A stretch of 64,000 nt of DNA from Macrostomum hystrix (GCA_950097015.1 CATNEN010000001.1:10292001-10356000); one strand, 5' to 3'. Shown: positions 50,438 to 62,732, counted from the stretch's first letter. Numbers and translations: made by a program. Notes: generated from the sequence alone by a model not told the origin.

Positions 50438-53400
50438 TCAGAAGAGGAGATGAGCACCGAGTCGGGACTGATCGCTGCTCTCCAAGATGACTCGATGCTC
50501 CTTGACGAGCTTCTCAGCCTCAGCTCGGCAGAAGTTACGGTGTTCCTCCCGCGAACTGTACCAAGCCAAGGTCAGCAGCTCTTCCAGGTCGGGGTATGTC
50601 AGCAGCTCTTCGCGCCACTGGTTCGCAGCCTCCTCATTCAGGCCAAAAAATTCGGCTTGCAAGCTCCAGGACAAGCACCGGAAGTTGGTGTAGATGTGAG
50701 ACGACTGCAGCTGCTCGGACAGTCTAGCGGTGAGCAGACTCTGTGTAAACTCTGGCAAAAAGTTCAAATTAAGTGGAAAGTCCAAAGTCCAGCTCGGAAT
50801 GCAGAAGCGCCAAGCCCAGTCTGAGCTGTCATCCTGTTCGATGCCGAGTCGAATTGAGTCCGGATGCCAGCCTCGTTTCACATTGTGACCATTCAAGTCT
50901 AGCAGTAGAGCTCTAGCTTCATCAGCCCGATCAAACTTCAAGCAAGTCATCGCCTTCAGACACACGGCAGCGGACTTGCAAGTGTCTGGCAGCTCATTCA
51001 GTTTGCTCATGATTTGCTGGAAAGTGCTTCGGCCACTGAATAGTTCTAGCAGAGTGTGCTCAACAGTCTGATATAACTTGCCGAGTTGGCTCGCTCCAAA
51101 CTCTGCTGTCTCTGGTCTAAAAGTACTTCGCCGAGGACTCAATGGAAGCCAGGTGAACGGATGAAAGTGCAGCAAATTGGTTTGGAGTGGCTGCAAGAAA
51201 TTAAATAGGTCATGGAAGACGAGCCAGATGTTGTTGTGCAGATGGTCTAGCTCATTTCTGACGCGCTGTTTGCAGGCCTCCAAGCCCACAACCTCAGCAT
51301 CTTTGACGTAAAGCCAGCACTCTCGCAAAAACGGGTGAGGCATTGCTATTTTATTTGAGTCGCTCTTCGCGTCTAGGAAGGCTATCATCAGGCGCAGGGC
51401 CTCTCGGAACAGTCGTACTAAGTTCTCCGTCTGCCAGACAGTCTCACCGTCGCTACTGTGCCTTTTTAGCATGTGAAGCAACAGTGACTTGGCATGGTAG
51501 CTCTTCAGGCCGAATCCGATTCTCTTCCTGAAGGTGAACTTTATCAGCACATACAGGTGGCCCTGCGTGTCATTCAGCTCCCTGATTTGTCGTCTTTCCC
51601 AGCAGTTTGAGCTGATTCGCAGCTCCCTCGAGCGGCCAGGACGCACCGCCCTGACGAGACTCTCGGGCTGGTAGATCAGGAGTGCGGACTCAGGACCCTG
51701 GCAGCAGGGAAAGGCGAAGCACAGGTCTGTCTGTGGACGAACCCCGCATGCAGGCGACGTCAGCGCCGGCTGAGAGCCTGCAAATGATCAATCAGTTCAA
51801 TAAACTGAACCGAATAATCAGATAATCAGCAATGCAGCAGCTAATAGAGTTTCAAGCCTTGATTTCTACACCTGCTGCTGCAGATACAAAATAATATAGG
51901 CGTGACTGTTGCGCCTGTTAATAGAAGCACTTTGCTGTTCAGTCTTACCATCTGAAACTGGAACTTGAGCGTAGCCGTCCTCGACTCGCAGCAGCTGGAC
52001 AGTCGTGTCATCGCACTTGCAGTATCCTTCCAAGTGATAGGGGTGACGATCGATTACAAGCGTCCAATCGATGTCTGAGTCGACTGGAACTCTGCCATCA
52101 ACTCTGTGCGGAATAATTCCCCAGACCTCTGAGAAGCTGCCAGCAACGATGATGTTTTCCCCAGTCACCGTCTTTGCCAGCTTTGACATGAAGTCCGCCA
52201 TGCAGGCAAGACCTGTCATTCGCTGTGTCGTGAAGCCCGACTGCACTAACATTTTTGCCAACGCTTGGCTCTTCTCGACATCGTATCGCCAAAGGTCGAA
52301 GCTCGACCGAGCACTGAAAGTCGGTAAAAAACTAAGTGAGAAATGGGCTTATAAAAAGTGTGTAGGATAACAACTCATTGTCATTCAGAATTAGGCAGAA
52401 AAAGCAATACGCAATGTTCTGAAGCGGTACAAAGCAGTGTGCTCACCAAAGAGTGCTCAGAATGTTGCTATGGTTTCTTTGTTCCGCCAAATTGGCACAG
52501 CTTCTGTCCTTGTGGTCGCGATGATTGATGTCGGAGCCCAGCCTGAGGAGTTCTTGAACAGCACACGCGTGACCCTTGATGCACGCCCATGAAAGAGCGG
52601 TGAAGCCATGCTTGTCGATGCGGGTGACGGATGCCCCGTACTCTACAAGGTTTGGAAGGAATGTGTGCTGTCCGTGCTTCGCTGCCATCATCAGTGCAGT
52701 TAGGCCGCTCTCGTCAGGTTCGTCCACGTCGACGAGATGTGGCAGCAGCTCCAATGCCAGACCAATATTTCCATTCGGAATGCACTGAAAGATTAGCTTC
52801 AACAGCAGACTAGGTTGCATCTGACGCAACAGTTTTTCATAGTTCAGAGGTCGGGGGTTATTCATTGTGAAACGGTTCAGCATTAGCACCAGCTCCTTGT
52901 TCTCAACAATCATGGATGCACAAATTGGGAGCTTCTCGCATAGATGAAGTGCATTCGCGTCTTTCATAACATTTAACGTTTCATACAAATAGAGTGACTT
53001 CATCGAAGCACTGATCGTAGACTCCAGAACTTCGCCTATCACTGTGACCTCGCTGGCCCTTACGAGGAGCGGCAGGATGACCACGCAGCATTTGTAGCGC
53101 TCCTCCTCACTACTAATCTGATGAAAAAACGCACCGATGCATCGCCAATGATTCAGTTTGGCAGACTGTTCGTGAGCCTTGCGGAAGCTTTCATCTCGCA
53201 TTGAATAGTTGGAGAGCTGCTTCACAATGCTCGATAGGCTGAGGATGCTTCTGTGGTCGCTATCGCGAGTCCATGCAGCAATTTGACTGTCAACAGTTGA
53301 TAAGCAATACCTGTCCCTGGCAGTGCTATTAGCCATTGACGCAATTATGTTAACTGCGTGATCAAATTGTCCCAGTTGAATAGCCCAGTCAGCAACTCGA

Positions 53401-54791
53401 GCACGGTGGCCATCAACAAGTTCAAAACGGAAGTCGCCTATCGATTGGAAGAACTGTGCTGCTTCTAACAACCTCTCTTGTTCGAACACCAAGTCAAGTG
53501 CTGCATGAAGGCAATGGTCTGCCACTGTCACCTCAACCAAACCTTTGATGAGTTCAGCAGCCCTTCTAGTTGAACCCTGTCGGATCATTTGCTTCGTCTG
53601 ATCAGCGCAAAAGCATGCCTTCGAGTTCTGATCCCACAGTCCATTAATGAATCGATGTGCAGATGCCAGCAAGTCCATATTGAGACTCACCGCTGCTGCT
53701 AACTTGCAGTACTTGTTCCTCAGTTGTTTATCAGGGCCAAGCATCTCAAGCGCTTCGATCCAGACAGCTGGTTGGATACTTCGGACAAAGTATTCAAGGT
53801 GTTGGCCATTTTTATCAGTGCGAGACAAAAGAATGGCTTCGATGAGACAAACGGACTGCAAGTCGTCTGACAAGGTAGAAAGGAAGCGGCAAGCTTGATT
53901 TGAGCAGCCATGCTCAACTGCTGTCCTCACGGCATAGATACAACAGTTCCTGTGCATTTGAGAGTCGTCAGTAAAGGATAGTATGACTCCAACAGTAGCC
54001 ATGTCTCCGATAGAAGCTGCACCATGGACTCCGACGAGCGGCTTTGGAAATTCCAACTGAGTCGCAATCTTAACGCAGCACTGTCTTCTGATGTGCGCAT
54101 CTCGAATGTCACCAAGAACTGACTTTGCAAGGTCTAGGTAGCCGCCTCTTGCTGCCAGTATGGCACACTTTGAAGCTGTTGTGTCTCGCGCCAGCTCATT
54201 GTCTGCTAGGCACAGAAGAATTCGCTGAGCCTTCTCTAAGTGCCCACCAGAAGCAGCAATTTTTGCCTCTTTCACGCACCATTTATTTCTAATTCTGCTT
54301 TCACTAATCATTCGAACTGTTTCGCAAGCTTCATCCACATGACCTGTACTGGCCTCTTCGCTGGCTTTTGTGCAGAAGCAATCATCTAGGTTTAGAGTTG
54401 CAATCGAGCTCCAGTTAGGGTCGGGTGAGAGTTTGGTTCTTGAGCACCACCTGATCGCTTCGCTTGTGTTTTTTATGCTGCGCACAAAGAGAGTCACCAT
54501 CTCATCTTGCCTGCAATCCAGCGCGAACTGTGCAGCATCCAGCAGGCATCGTGTCTGCTCTTCTGCATTAGAAATGCTTTCGGCTACGACCTTAGCATTG
54601 TGCCAGAGCCGTCGACTAAAGAGCAGCTTTGCAGTATGAATTCGGAGGCCGTCCTTCAGCCTGGGCTCGTCGGTGTCATCCAACAAAGACTGAAAAATCG
54701 GCAGTAGAATTCCTGTTCGCTGAGCCTCCACTTCCAGTGGGCTTGCATTGCAGCACTTCATTCCTTCGTCTGGCTGCTCAGCGTGCTGCAT
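50438..54791 (-). CDS. Helical/ankyrin-repeat - Mab-21/cGAS-like nucleotidyltransferase fusion (cGLR-like), ~1349 aa from ATG 54791
   Basis: Exons 54791-52447, 52313-51949, 51777-50438 join in frame (phase 2, phase 1). Ankyrin motifs GLTALMMAAKHG and GFTALSWACIKGH. NTase motif AGSFSE...DSDID, third acid in TDLCFAFPC, LRIS..WE, Mab-21 lobe LKSYHAKSLLL..W..ENL..LFREAL..MPHPF. The true N-terminus is uncertain. Confidence 0.8.
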
Positions 54792-54796
54792 TTCAA

Positions 54797-55769
54797 CTAC
54801 CTGCGCTGTCTGCTGCTCGGCAGGGCAACACCGAGTGCACTGATCGCACTAATCGATACTCTCAGTTCGGTTGGCATCGCCATTAAAAGCTGGTTAGTGC
54901 AATTTCTGCAGCTTGATATGCTACTCAGAGCGCTGTCTAAAACGCTTTGCTTTCTAGCCAAACCAGAAGCCTTTGAAATCACTGCAGCCGTCTCTGGCCA
55001 GTTTCCATGCTCAGCCGCAATCTTTGCTAATTTTTCGCAAAAGGAATCAATCAAGTTACCTGAAACTCTTAATTCAACCCATCTTGCCATTATACTGCTT
55101 GCAGTTTGCCAGTTTTTCTTTCGGGCCGCAGCCAATACCGACATCTCGAAGCAGCTATCGCGAGCTCTTTGAGTGTTGAGGCGGCCAAAGAAGTCTAGAA
55201 AGATCTCAAAATGACTCATGGAGGCTGCTAACTTGGCAGTTTCACAGCATCTGCAAATCCTGACTTGTGCGTCAGTGCTTTGGTTGAAGCTCAGACTCCA
55301 ACAGTCATTGGCTAATTGTTGCCAGCCCTTGAGGGCTGAGAGAAGAACTAGATTCCAGCAGTGCTCTTTCCTGGTGTCATCGTTGCTGATTTCTTGAAGT
55401 AGACGCACTGCAGTAGTGATATTTTCGGAACTAATAGCTTCTTGAGCCACTCGAATCAGAGCCTGGTCTCTCAGTGAAGTCACTTGGATCCCGTTGAGTA
55501 GCCTGAGAGTCGAGAATGTTAACAGGAATTCGGTTAGTTAGCTTTTGCGGCAAAACAGTCCAGTACATTAGCATGCTTTCATGAATGAATTCGGCCGACG
55601 TCGTGTCCTGTGAAAGATCGCATTCTATTAAAAACCGATTAATGACTTCTGTCGATTTGTTTACAGCGGTAACCAAAAGTAAAGAGGTGGATACTTTTTG
55701 ACCTTCAGTCACCCTTACGTGCTTCCTTCTAGTAGTCTTTGTTCTCATCACTGCAGCCAAGCAAACCAA
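54797..55769 (-). pseudogene. Frameshifted upstream continuation of the same helical repeat (broken N-terminal region of the cGLR-like gene)
   Basis: ORF 55483-54797 has the same repeat pattern (RKEHCWNLVLLSALKG, RDSCFEMSVLAAARK, DSFCEKLAKIAAEHG) but is in a different frame from 54791. ORF 55769-55431 is also out of frame with 55483-54797. Confidence 0.5.
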
Positions 55770-55914
55770 TGCGTCGATTGTAATCCAATGAGTTACTGGG
55801 AAACTATTTCAGAACTATTCAGAACTCAAGAACTATTTGACAGAAGTCATTAATCGGGTTTTAATAGAATGCGATCTTTCACAGGACACGACGTCGGCCG
55901 AATTCATTCATGAA
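55578..55914. repeat. 76-bp inverted repeat (55578-55653 / 55839-55914), 185-bp spacer
   Basis: Arms are reverse complements with one mismatch. Confidence 0.95.
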
Positions 55915-56027
55915 TTTACTTGTAATTTACTCGAAAGACGAATTCTACGGTGTGACAAATTGTACGGCAATAAACTTGGGCTAAGCTAAAAGTCTCGCGC
56001 ATTTGAAAGCGTTTGCTCTCAACTCAC

Positions 56028-56392
56028 CTCAAAGCGTATTCTTCATACTCCGTCATTTTTACTGCCTTCAGTGCCAGATCCACAATGACTTCCAGCTGAC
56101 CTTCAGGCAGCAAGCACCAATCTAGGAGTTGTCGTTGACCCAGTTTGTAGCCGCCATCGTTCAGCACAGACCGGCTGATGTCGCCAATGCATCTCTCGTG
56201 GATCTGACGATCTCTAATCGCTGCAACTATGGTCGCCGGTTCAAGTCTCACAGATGACAGCGAATCGATTCGAGTTGTGCCTTCGCTGTTAAGCTCGACT
56301 TCCGGCAGGCACGCAGACAAGTTGCTGCGGCCTGTGCAGATGTCCTCCACGATGCTTGCGTTCATCGAGTGGCGTTGACAATACCCGGCCAC
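56028..56392 (-). CDS. Probable upstream coding exon of unknown function (possibly first exon of the cGLR-like gene)
   Basis: 122-aa ORF with coding-like composition, ending at a consensus donor GAG|GTGAG. Confidence 0.35.
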
Positions 56393-58461
56393 GGTGGAGC
56401 CCTTGTTGAAGATAATTTTATGTATCTATCTAAGTTTATACATCTGCGGTCAGTTAACTGTTTTGTAAGACCGTGCGTCAGCTCTAATTTTAGCTACCTA
56501 ACTACCTACCTACCTAACCTGTGCTTTAACCCATTGAGTTGTGCTCGTGTGCGCGAGCCGGCTTGTCCGTTGGGTGACACGGATTCTATTTTTTAGCATG
56601 ATGTGTTCTTTGCGTGTGTATTTCGGATGTGAGTCTGTGAGTCTAACGTCTTTTTGTCGTCTATTTCTAACTTGTAGAAGACTGCTGGTAAGCCGCACGT
56701 ACAATCGGCAGTTTTGCTGAGTTGCCGTGTTTGAAACAATAGTACGGCCCGATGATGTTTATGAAACCGAAATCCTTCACGCTTGTCACTTGTCACCTGT
56801 GATTTTTCGACTTGTCATTTGTCACTTGTAGTTTCTTTATGAAATCGGCCTCTGTTAGTCTATGAGTAAACGTTTCAGTCCTTTTTTCCTGCTGTGGAAA
56901 GCAGCGCCTACCGTAGAGCCTCAATTTAGTGGTGGACGAAAAGGCTTAAGCCACTAACTGCAAAGCCTACAATATTTATTTTTGAAGCGATCGATATTTG
57001 AGGTAGGTTACAAGATAAATCAGAGCAGTGTACTTGGTTGGGTAAGAAGGAAGGACGATCGGACAGCGCAGGCGATGCACATGGCGCCTATAGGAGAAAT
57101 CACACCTACCATTTTAGGTTTTGGTATTGTGCGATGAAAGGTATTCCTCATCTATCTAAAACATTGGATTGTATACAAGGTGTGAAACAAATTCAAATTT
57201 ATGTAACGACCAAGCGGCGGCTGAAACAGACTGGAGTTCAAAGCAGAACTTACAAATTCTTAGAAACTGATTGGAAGTGAAAAAACTGCTTGAATGAAAA
57301 CAAAAACTGTGGGAAAGCCAACTATCAAAGCAGCCAAACGCACGGGGGGAGGGGGACGCCCCACCTCTGCCAACCCCTCACCCCCAGCCAACCGGCTTCG
57401 CCCGCGCACGCAACTAACAAGCTTAAACAACCAGCCAATCTGCGGCTGTGGCCAGAGCTGACCAAAAAGGGGGAAAGCAAAACCAGCCAATCAGCGGCTG
57501 TGGGGGGCTTGAAAACCAGGCCGGGCAGGCTAAACCGGTCAGAGCTAAGTCCAAACCGGCCTAGCCCGCCAGCCACGAGCGCAGATAACCTCCACCCAAA
57601 AAGTACAAGCACCAACGCAACAAACATGACCTCCACCAAAAAGTACATGCATTAAACAGCACCAACACAACAGCAGTTTGGTTGACCAGTTCACGACTCC
57701 TGCTGTAGTTCACCGATACGAATGCTAGATGAAGGCAATGCAGTCACCACACTTTGAATGTAAAACATAAGTGTTGTAAACCATCTGAAGGCACAGGTGC
57801 TTAGCTAACTTATGTTACCGCTTGGTGGTCTTTCTGCCGGCACCGTTGGGCTGGGTGGTCCGGTTCAGAAGGTCCATTGCTCCCATGCAGTGGCTTTGCA
57901 TCAGCACACTGCGACTTTTTTGCACAGAAACATACTGCCCAGCTCGGTTGATGGTCATTTTCTTAGTATTTGATATAAGATCCTTCGTGTCAATCATGTA
58001 TGGTGCCTTACTCCACTCGACTTTCTCTATACTTCCAGAACGCGCTCCGTCCTCATGAACACTCCACACAATGGCCATGCCTCAAAGCACAAGGACAGGT
58101 GGATCAATACCGCCGATGGTCGGCAGTCTCGCGCTGCTGTTCCTTGTCCCTCCACTGCCCTCCGCAAAGCCCTGCTTGTACTTAACCGCAGGGACATCAG
58201 GGTAGTCACAATGGCCCTCTCTGGCGACGGCTGTTTCACTAGGCACCGCTTCCTGCAAAGCAAAATCCACCGCATCCAAGCCACCACCGCATCTGCCAGA
58301 AGCAATGCCCGAGACGGTGCTGCCGACTGACACTCAGCCACTGACCAGCAGTGACGTAGTGCAGTTTGCTCGCCAGGCGCCGCGGGAGGACGCGCCCCCG
58401 GATTGGACGAGGTGCCTATGGAGGCACTGCGAGTCACGAGGGTCGAGAAGCGCAGACATCA

Positions 58462-59415
58462 CACGGAGAAAGGAAAGTTTCACTTTTTCAGATTTAAATG
58501 GTGACAACTTTTCGAACCATTTGGAATAAGATACAAAGCAGTTTTTTATATAACTTGCCTAACTTGTTGCTCTACCGAATTTTATAACGTTTTGTACATG
58601 ACAATTAGATCTTCATACGATTTTCTTTACTTATAAAGATCCAAATCACTGACAATGTTTTTACTGTTATTTTTACTATGTGTAGATTGGCTGGCCAATC
58701 GCTGTTAGCGGCGGCCGGGGGTTGTTTGTGCTCTGGCTGTGGGGTGGGTGCGCTGCGGCTTTGGTCGGGGGGTGGGTGGCCGTGTGGCCCCCCTTTTAGC
58801 CCCGCGCGCTGTGCTGTCCTCGCCTGGCCTCTCGCCTCGCTTTTCTTGAGTTTTTTTCTGTTTTAGCCCCTGCAAGAATAAAAATCGCGTCAAATTAGTT
58901 AATACTTTTTATAAATGTACTCCTTTCGTTGCCCACTTCTAGGGCAGTAGGATAAGTTTTCGTTCGCTTCACCCGCTATGTTCCTCCTTTTTTTCCTCTC
59001 TCCGGCCGACCGGCTAATAATTCTTTAATGAGCCTAACTCTAGCCTTTCACGCTGTATAGTTCTTAGCAAGAGGACAAGTATAAGGTCAAGCTAATTTTA
59101 CAGGTCTGTTGTGTATTGATTTTCAGACTTATGATAGGTTATTTAGTAAAGAAAACCTCATATTTATTTAGTACATTTGAGGATCAAATTGTTATGTACA
59201 AAACTTTGTACAGAACTGTAGAGCAACATGCAGCTATGCAAGTGATATCAAAAGAACAGATTTGTATCTGCTTCCAATCAAAAGCTGTCACCATTTAAAT
59301 CTTAAAAGTGAAAATTTCCTGTCTCCGTAGTATTTTTGGCTAAAACCAGCCTTCAATTATTTTTTCTAAGAAACGTAGATTCCCGTCCTACTATACTTCT
59401 AGTGGTCCTTGTGTT
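58462..59415. mobile_element. Non-autonomous DNA element with long (~160 bp) diverged inverted repeats
   Basis: 58462-58615 is the reverse complement of ~59180-59329 (CGGAGA..GGAAA.TTTCACTTTT..GATTTAAATGGTGACA.CTTTT). The same end, starting CACAAGGACCACTAG, recurs at 36731-36835, with a remnant near 37383. Confidence 0.6.
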
Positions 59416-59606
59416 GAGACTCAATTTCTGCATAACTTGCCTGGGACCCTGACGTGAGCAGTCCTTTGTTGTTGTTGTTGTTGTTATTGTTGTTGTTATT
59501 TTTTTGTTGTAGGTAGAGAGATTGAAGTAGGTAGAGAGTTTTAAGAAGGTAGATATATATAAGTAGGGTGAGAGTTGGAAGTAGGTAGAGATGGAAGTAG
59601 GTAGAA

Positions 59607-59998
59607 GTTAGATGTCAATCTGTCAATCTAGACAGTAAGTTGCGCAACCAAAATATTGAACAAAAATAATGATATTAATGGATTAAATTCACACATTCTG
59701 TGTTTCGTATGTTCTCGCTTTATACGATAACACTTCTGTTTTGTTTAAGTCTTTTCGCGAGATTGGTCAGAGCAACGCTAGGCTTTAAAATTTTCGCGTG
59801 TAGATAGCGTTTAATTTAACTTGCCTGTACAGATTCGTGTCTTAGTAGCTATTTTTATAGCTACTTTTTTAATAAAAACTATACCGATTCACCTATATAT
59901 TATCGCAGTAGGAATACGTTCGTGACAAAAAACAATTAAAGTTAAGAAGGGTATTAAAACGTAATGCACTGGTACATAGAACTAGGAAAGCTCATTGT
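59607..59998 (+). repeat. Dispersed direct repeat, copy 2
   Basis: Diverged copy of 47432-47770. Confidence 0.8.
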
Positions 59999-61429
59999 TA
60001 ATCATTTATAATTTATTTATTAGCCAATTAAGCTGCAACTCAAGGACGACATGGAGCTTAAACTCCAACTTAAGGATAGTCACATACAAATAGAAATTGT
60101 ATTTATTTATTGTTATATCTGCTTTTATATTTCTGTTGACTCTCTAAATAAACTAATATCTATACAATTATAATTAGAATGACATAATAACTTGTGAATT
60201 GATGTACATAATCAACTTGACATGTGTTATTGTCCTTAAAATATGAATGAGATGTTTTCATTTTAGAAATGTCTTTTGTTTTGATATTGTCTCTAACTTT
60301 ATAGTGCAACATACTTACTTCTATACTTGATTCATATTGATAACTGTGTCTATTAGTATGTATATAAAGAATGTACTATAAGTCATATGAATGCCAAAAG
60401 GTATATATGAAAAAAAGATAGTTTTTTCAAGTTTAAGTGTGATTATATTTTATTAAATATAATTTGTGTGTTGCCAGTGGGTTTTCTTGGCACAACTGTT
60501 ATAATATTAAATTCAAGCCAATTACATGGTAAATAATATAATACATCAATAATAAATCATTTCATAGGCATAAATTGTTTTAAAGTAAAAATGTAATAGC
60601 TTTCTACAACTATAAATGTAGCATTACAAGCATTTTCATCTATAAATCAATTTATTTGCATATCTAGATAATATACATACACACATACATGTGCAGCCTC
60701 CCAAATCTTAGCTGGCCGTGCAACTTAGTTTTTGCTCTATTTATGACTTAATTTGCTCTCAGTTGCAACTCAGTTCGTTTCATTTGCTCTATTTTTCTCT
60801 CCCATTTTTCCTCTTCTTCACGCCTTCCTTTTTTGTCCCTTGGTCCCCCTTTGATTTTTTGCGCTTGTGATTGGTTTTTGCGACTTACCTTGCTTGGCCC
60901 TCATTTCACCCAGCTGGTTCGGCCGGGTCAGCCAGGTGTTGCGCATGTATGCATACAAATATATACTCTTATATATACTCAATATAGGTATATATTATTG
61001 TATGGTCTATCTTTTATTAGGAATAGTTGAATATATTATATAAATTTGAAATGTAAAGAGTTACTTTTTTAAAAATTTCTGAAAAGCATGCTCTCAATCC
61101 TAATACTGTTCTCATTCACATGTTGACTTATAAAATATTTTGTTTGGTTTTCCTAGCTATGGTTTGAACATAAAAAATGGAATGTTGGCTTTAATTTCTG
61201 TGTTACTTTTAACTTAGCTACTTTTAGAAGTGCAGCATTAACTATTTAGTATTAAAGTGTGACTTAAAAAATTATATATAGTCTCGGAGTGACAATTTCA
61301 TTAATATTTTGCTGTCCTTAGTTCATTTTCACAATTTAATTTTTGAACAAAAAGTCAGTCATATTAAAATCAAGTAAAGAGCATGGCATTTTTCATTAGA
61401 AAAAGATGTCTCTTTAATTCTTTAGATAC

Positions 61430-62732
61430 ATGGATGTGGGGGAGATTATTAACTCACTTAATACTCAACACACCTTGTAGGAGTGCTACATCCCCGAATG
61501 CGAGCCAAATGGCATCACTGCCCTGAACTTGTGGGAGGGCGACAAGCGTGTTAAGCTTCGCTGCAACATGCTCAACTGCGATAAGCTGCTGTTTGAAGAA
61601 GCTTTTCTGTGCCCATGCGACCATGTTTTCTGTTTCGCACATTCGCCATGGAACGCCGGCATCACCAATCTGTCTCCGACTGGCTTCCAGTGCGTCCTGT
61701 GTGCAACTCCCGCTGGGTCAGACAGCGAGCAGTTCGTGTTTAGCGTCAGCTTGAATATGCGCGGCAATAATCAGGCCCTGACTGGCGTGCTGCCCAAGCA
61801 GCTCGCTACCTGGATGAGGCACAGCACCAACACCTGGATGCTGCAGGTGAGCGCTCTAGAGTCTAGCAGACATGCTGCTGCAACTGCTCCCTGATCTATC
61901 CCCCTCTCTCTCTGGCTCACTTCCCCATCTCTCCCAGCCTCACTTCCCCATCTCTCCCATTCCACCTTCCAGCAAATCTTCCATCCCACCTTTCTGTTCT
62001 CTCATCGTTTCCCTTTTAAATCTCCTCTATGCCAAAATCTAATTCAATATACAGAAGCTGTATCTCCCATTAAACCTGATCCCAACGCAGTCTCGCTCGC
62101 GGCTCAAGCAGGAGATCGAGTTAGCGCAGAAGGCTCACGTAGAGAAACAGCGGCGCATTGCTGAGACGCGAGCTAAAACAGCCGAAATTAGGCGCACCAT
62201 TGAAGAGCTGAAGACCTTCAAGCAAGCCAAGCTTCTGCAGGAGAAGCAGCTCAAGCAGCATATTGAAGCAGTCGAGCAACGCTGCACTACAGTAAACGAG
62301 ATGACTAGCAGCTTCTGCCATCGAAGTTTAAGCCTCAAGACCGACATGAAGGAGGCCGCTCTGCGAAATCGCCAATTGACTGACAGGCTGGCCCAGGCTG
62401 ACAATGCGTTCCACCAGCTCATTATCAAGCTGAACCGCACGAATCGACTCATTGCCATTGCTCGTGATGATTTACGTCGGCGCCAGCGACGGCAGCAGCA
62501 GCAGCAGCAGCAGCAACCGGGCAATCAGCGGGACTGCAGAGAGCGTCACGAGGCGTACGGTTCTCGCCACGGCCGCAGCCGCAGCCGCGACCGGCGTCGT
62601 GATGGCGTCGGCGATCAGCGCCTAGCTGAAGCCATCGCCCCGCTGATTGTCCAGAACGCCCGCGACCTCTACGAGTTCCTGGATGAGCCGTCGCCAGAGC
62701 CTCCGCCGTGCTTTCGTGTGCACAGGCGGTGA
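61430..62732 (+). CDS. HEI10/CCNB1IP1-like RING + coiled-coil protein
   Basis: Exons 61430-61435 (tentative; a 45-nt intron removes an in-frame TAG), 61481-61846, 62091-62732. LRCNMLNC..L...AF.CPCDHVFC..H....C..C followed by ALTGVLP....W.LQ and a coiled coil, the layout of HEI10/Zip3-family E3 ligases. Confidence 0.7.
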
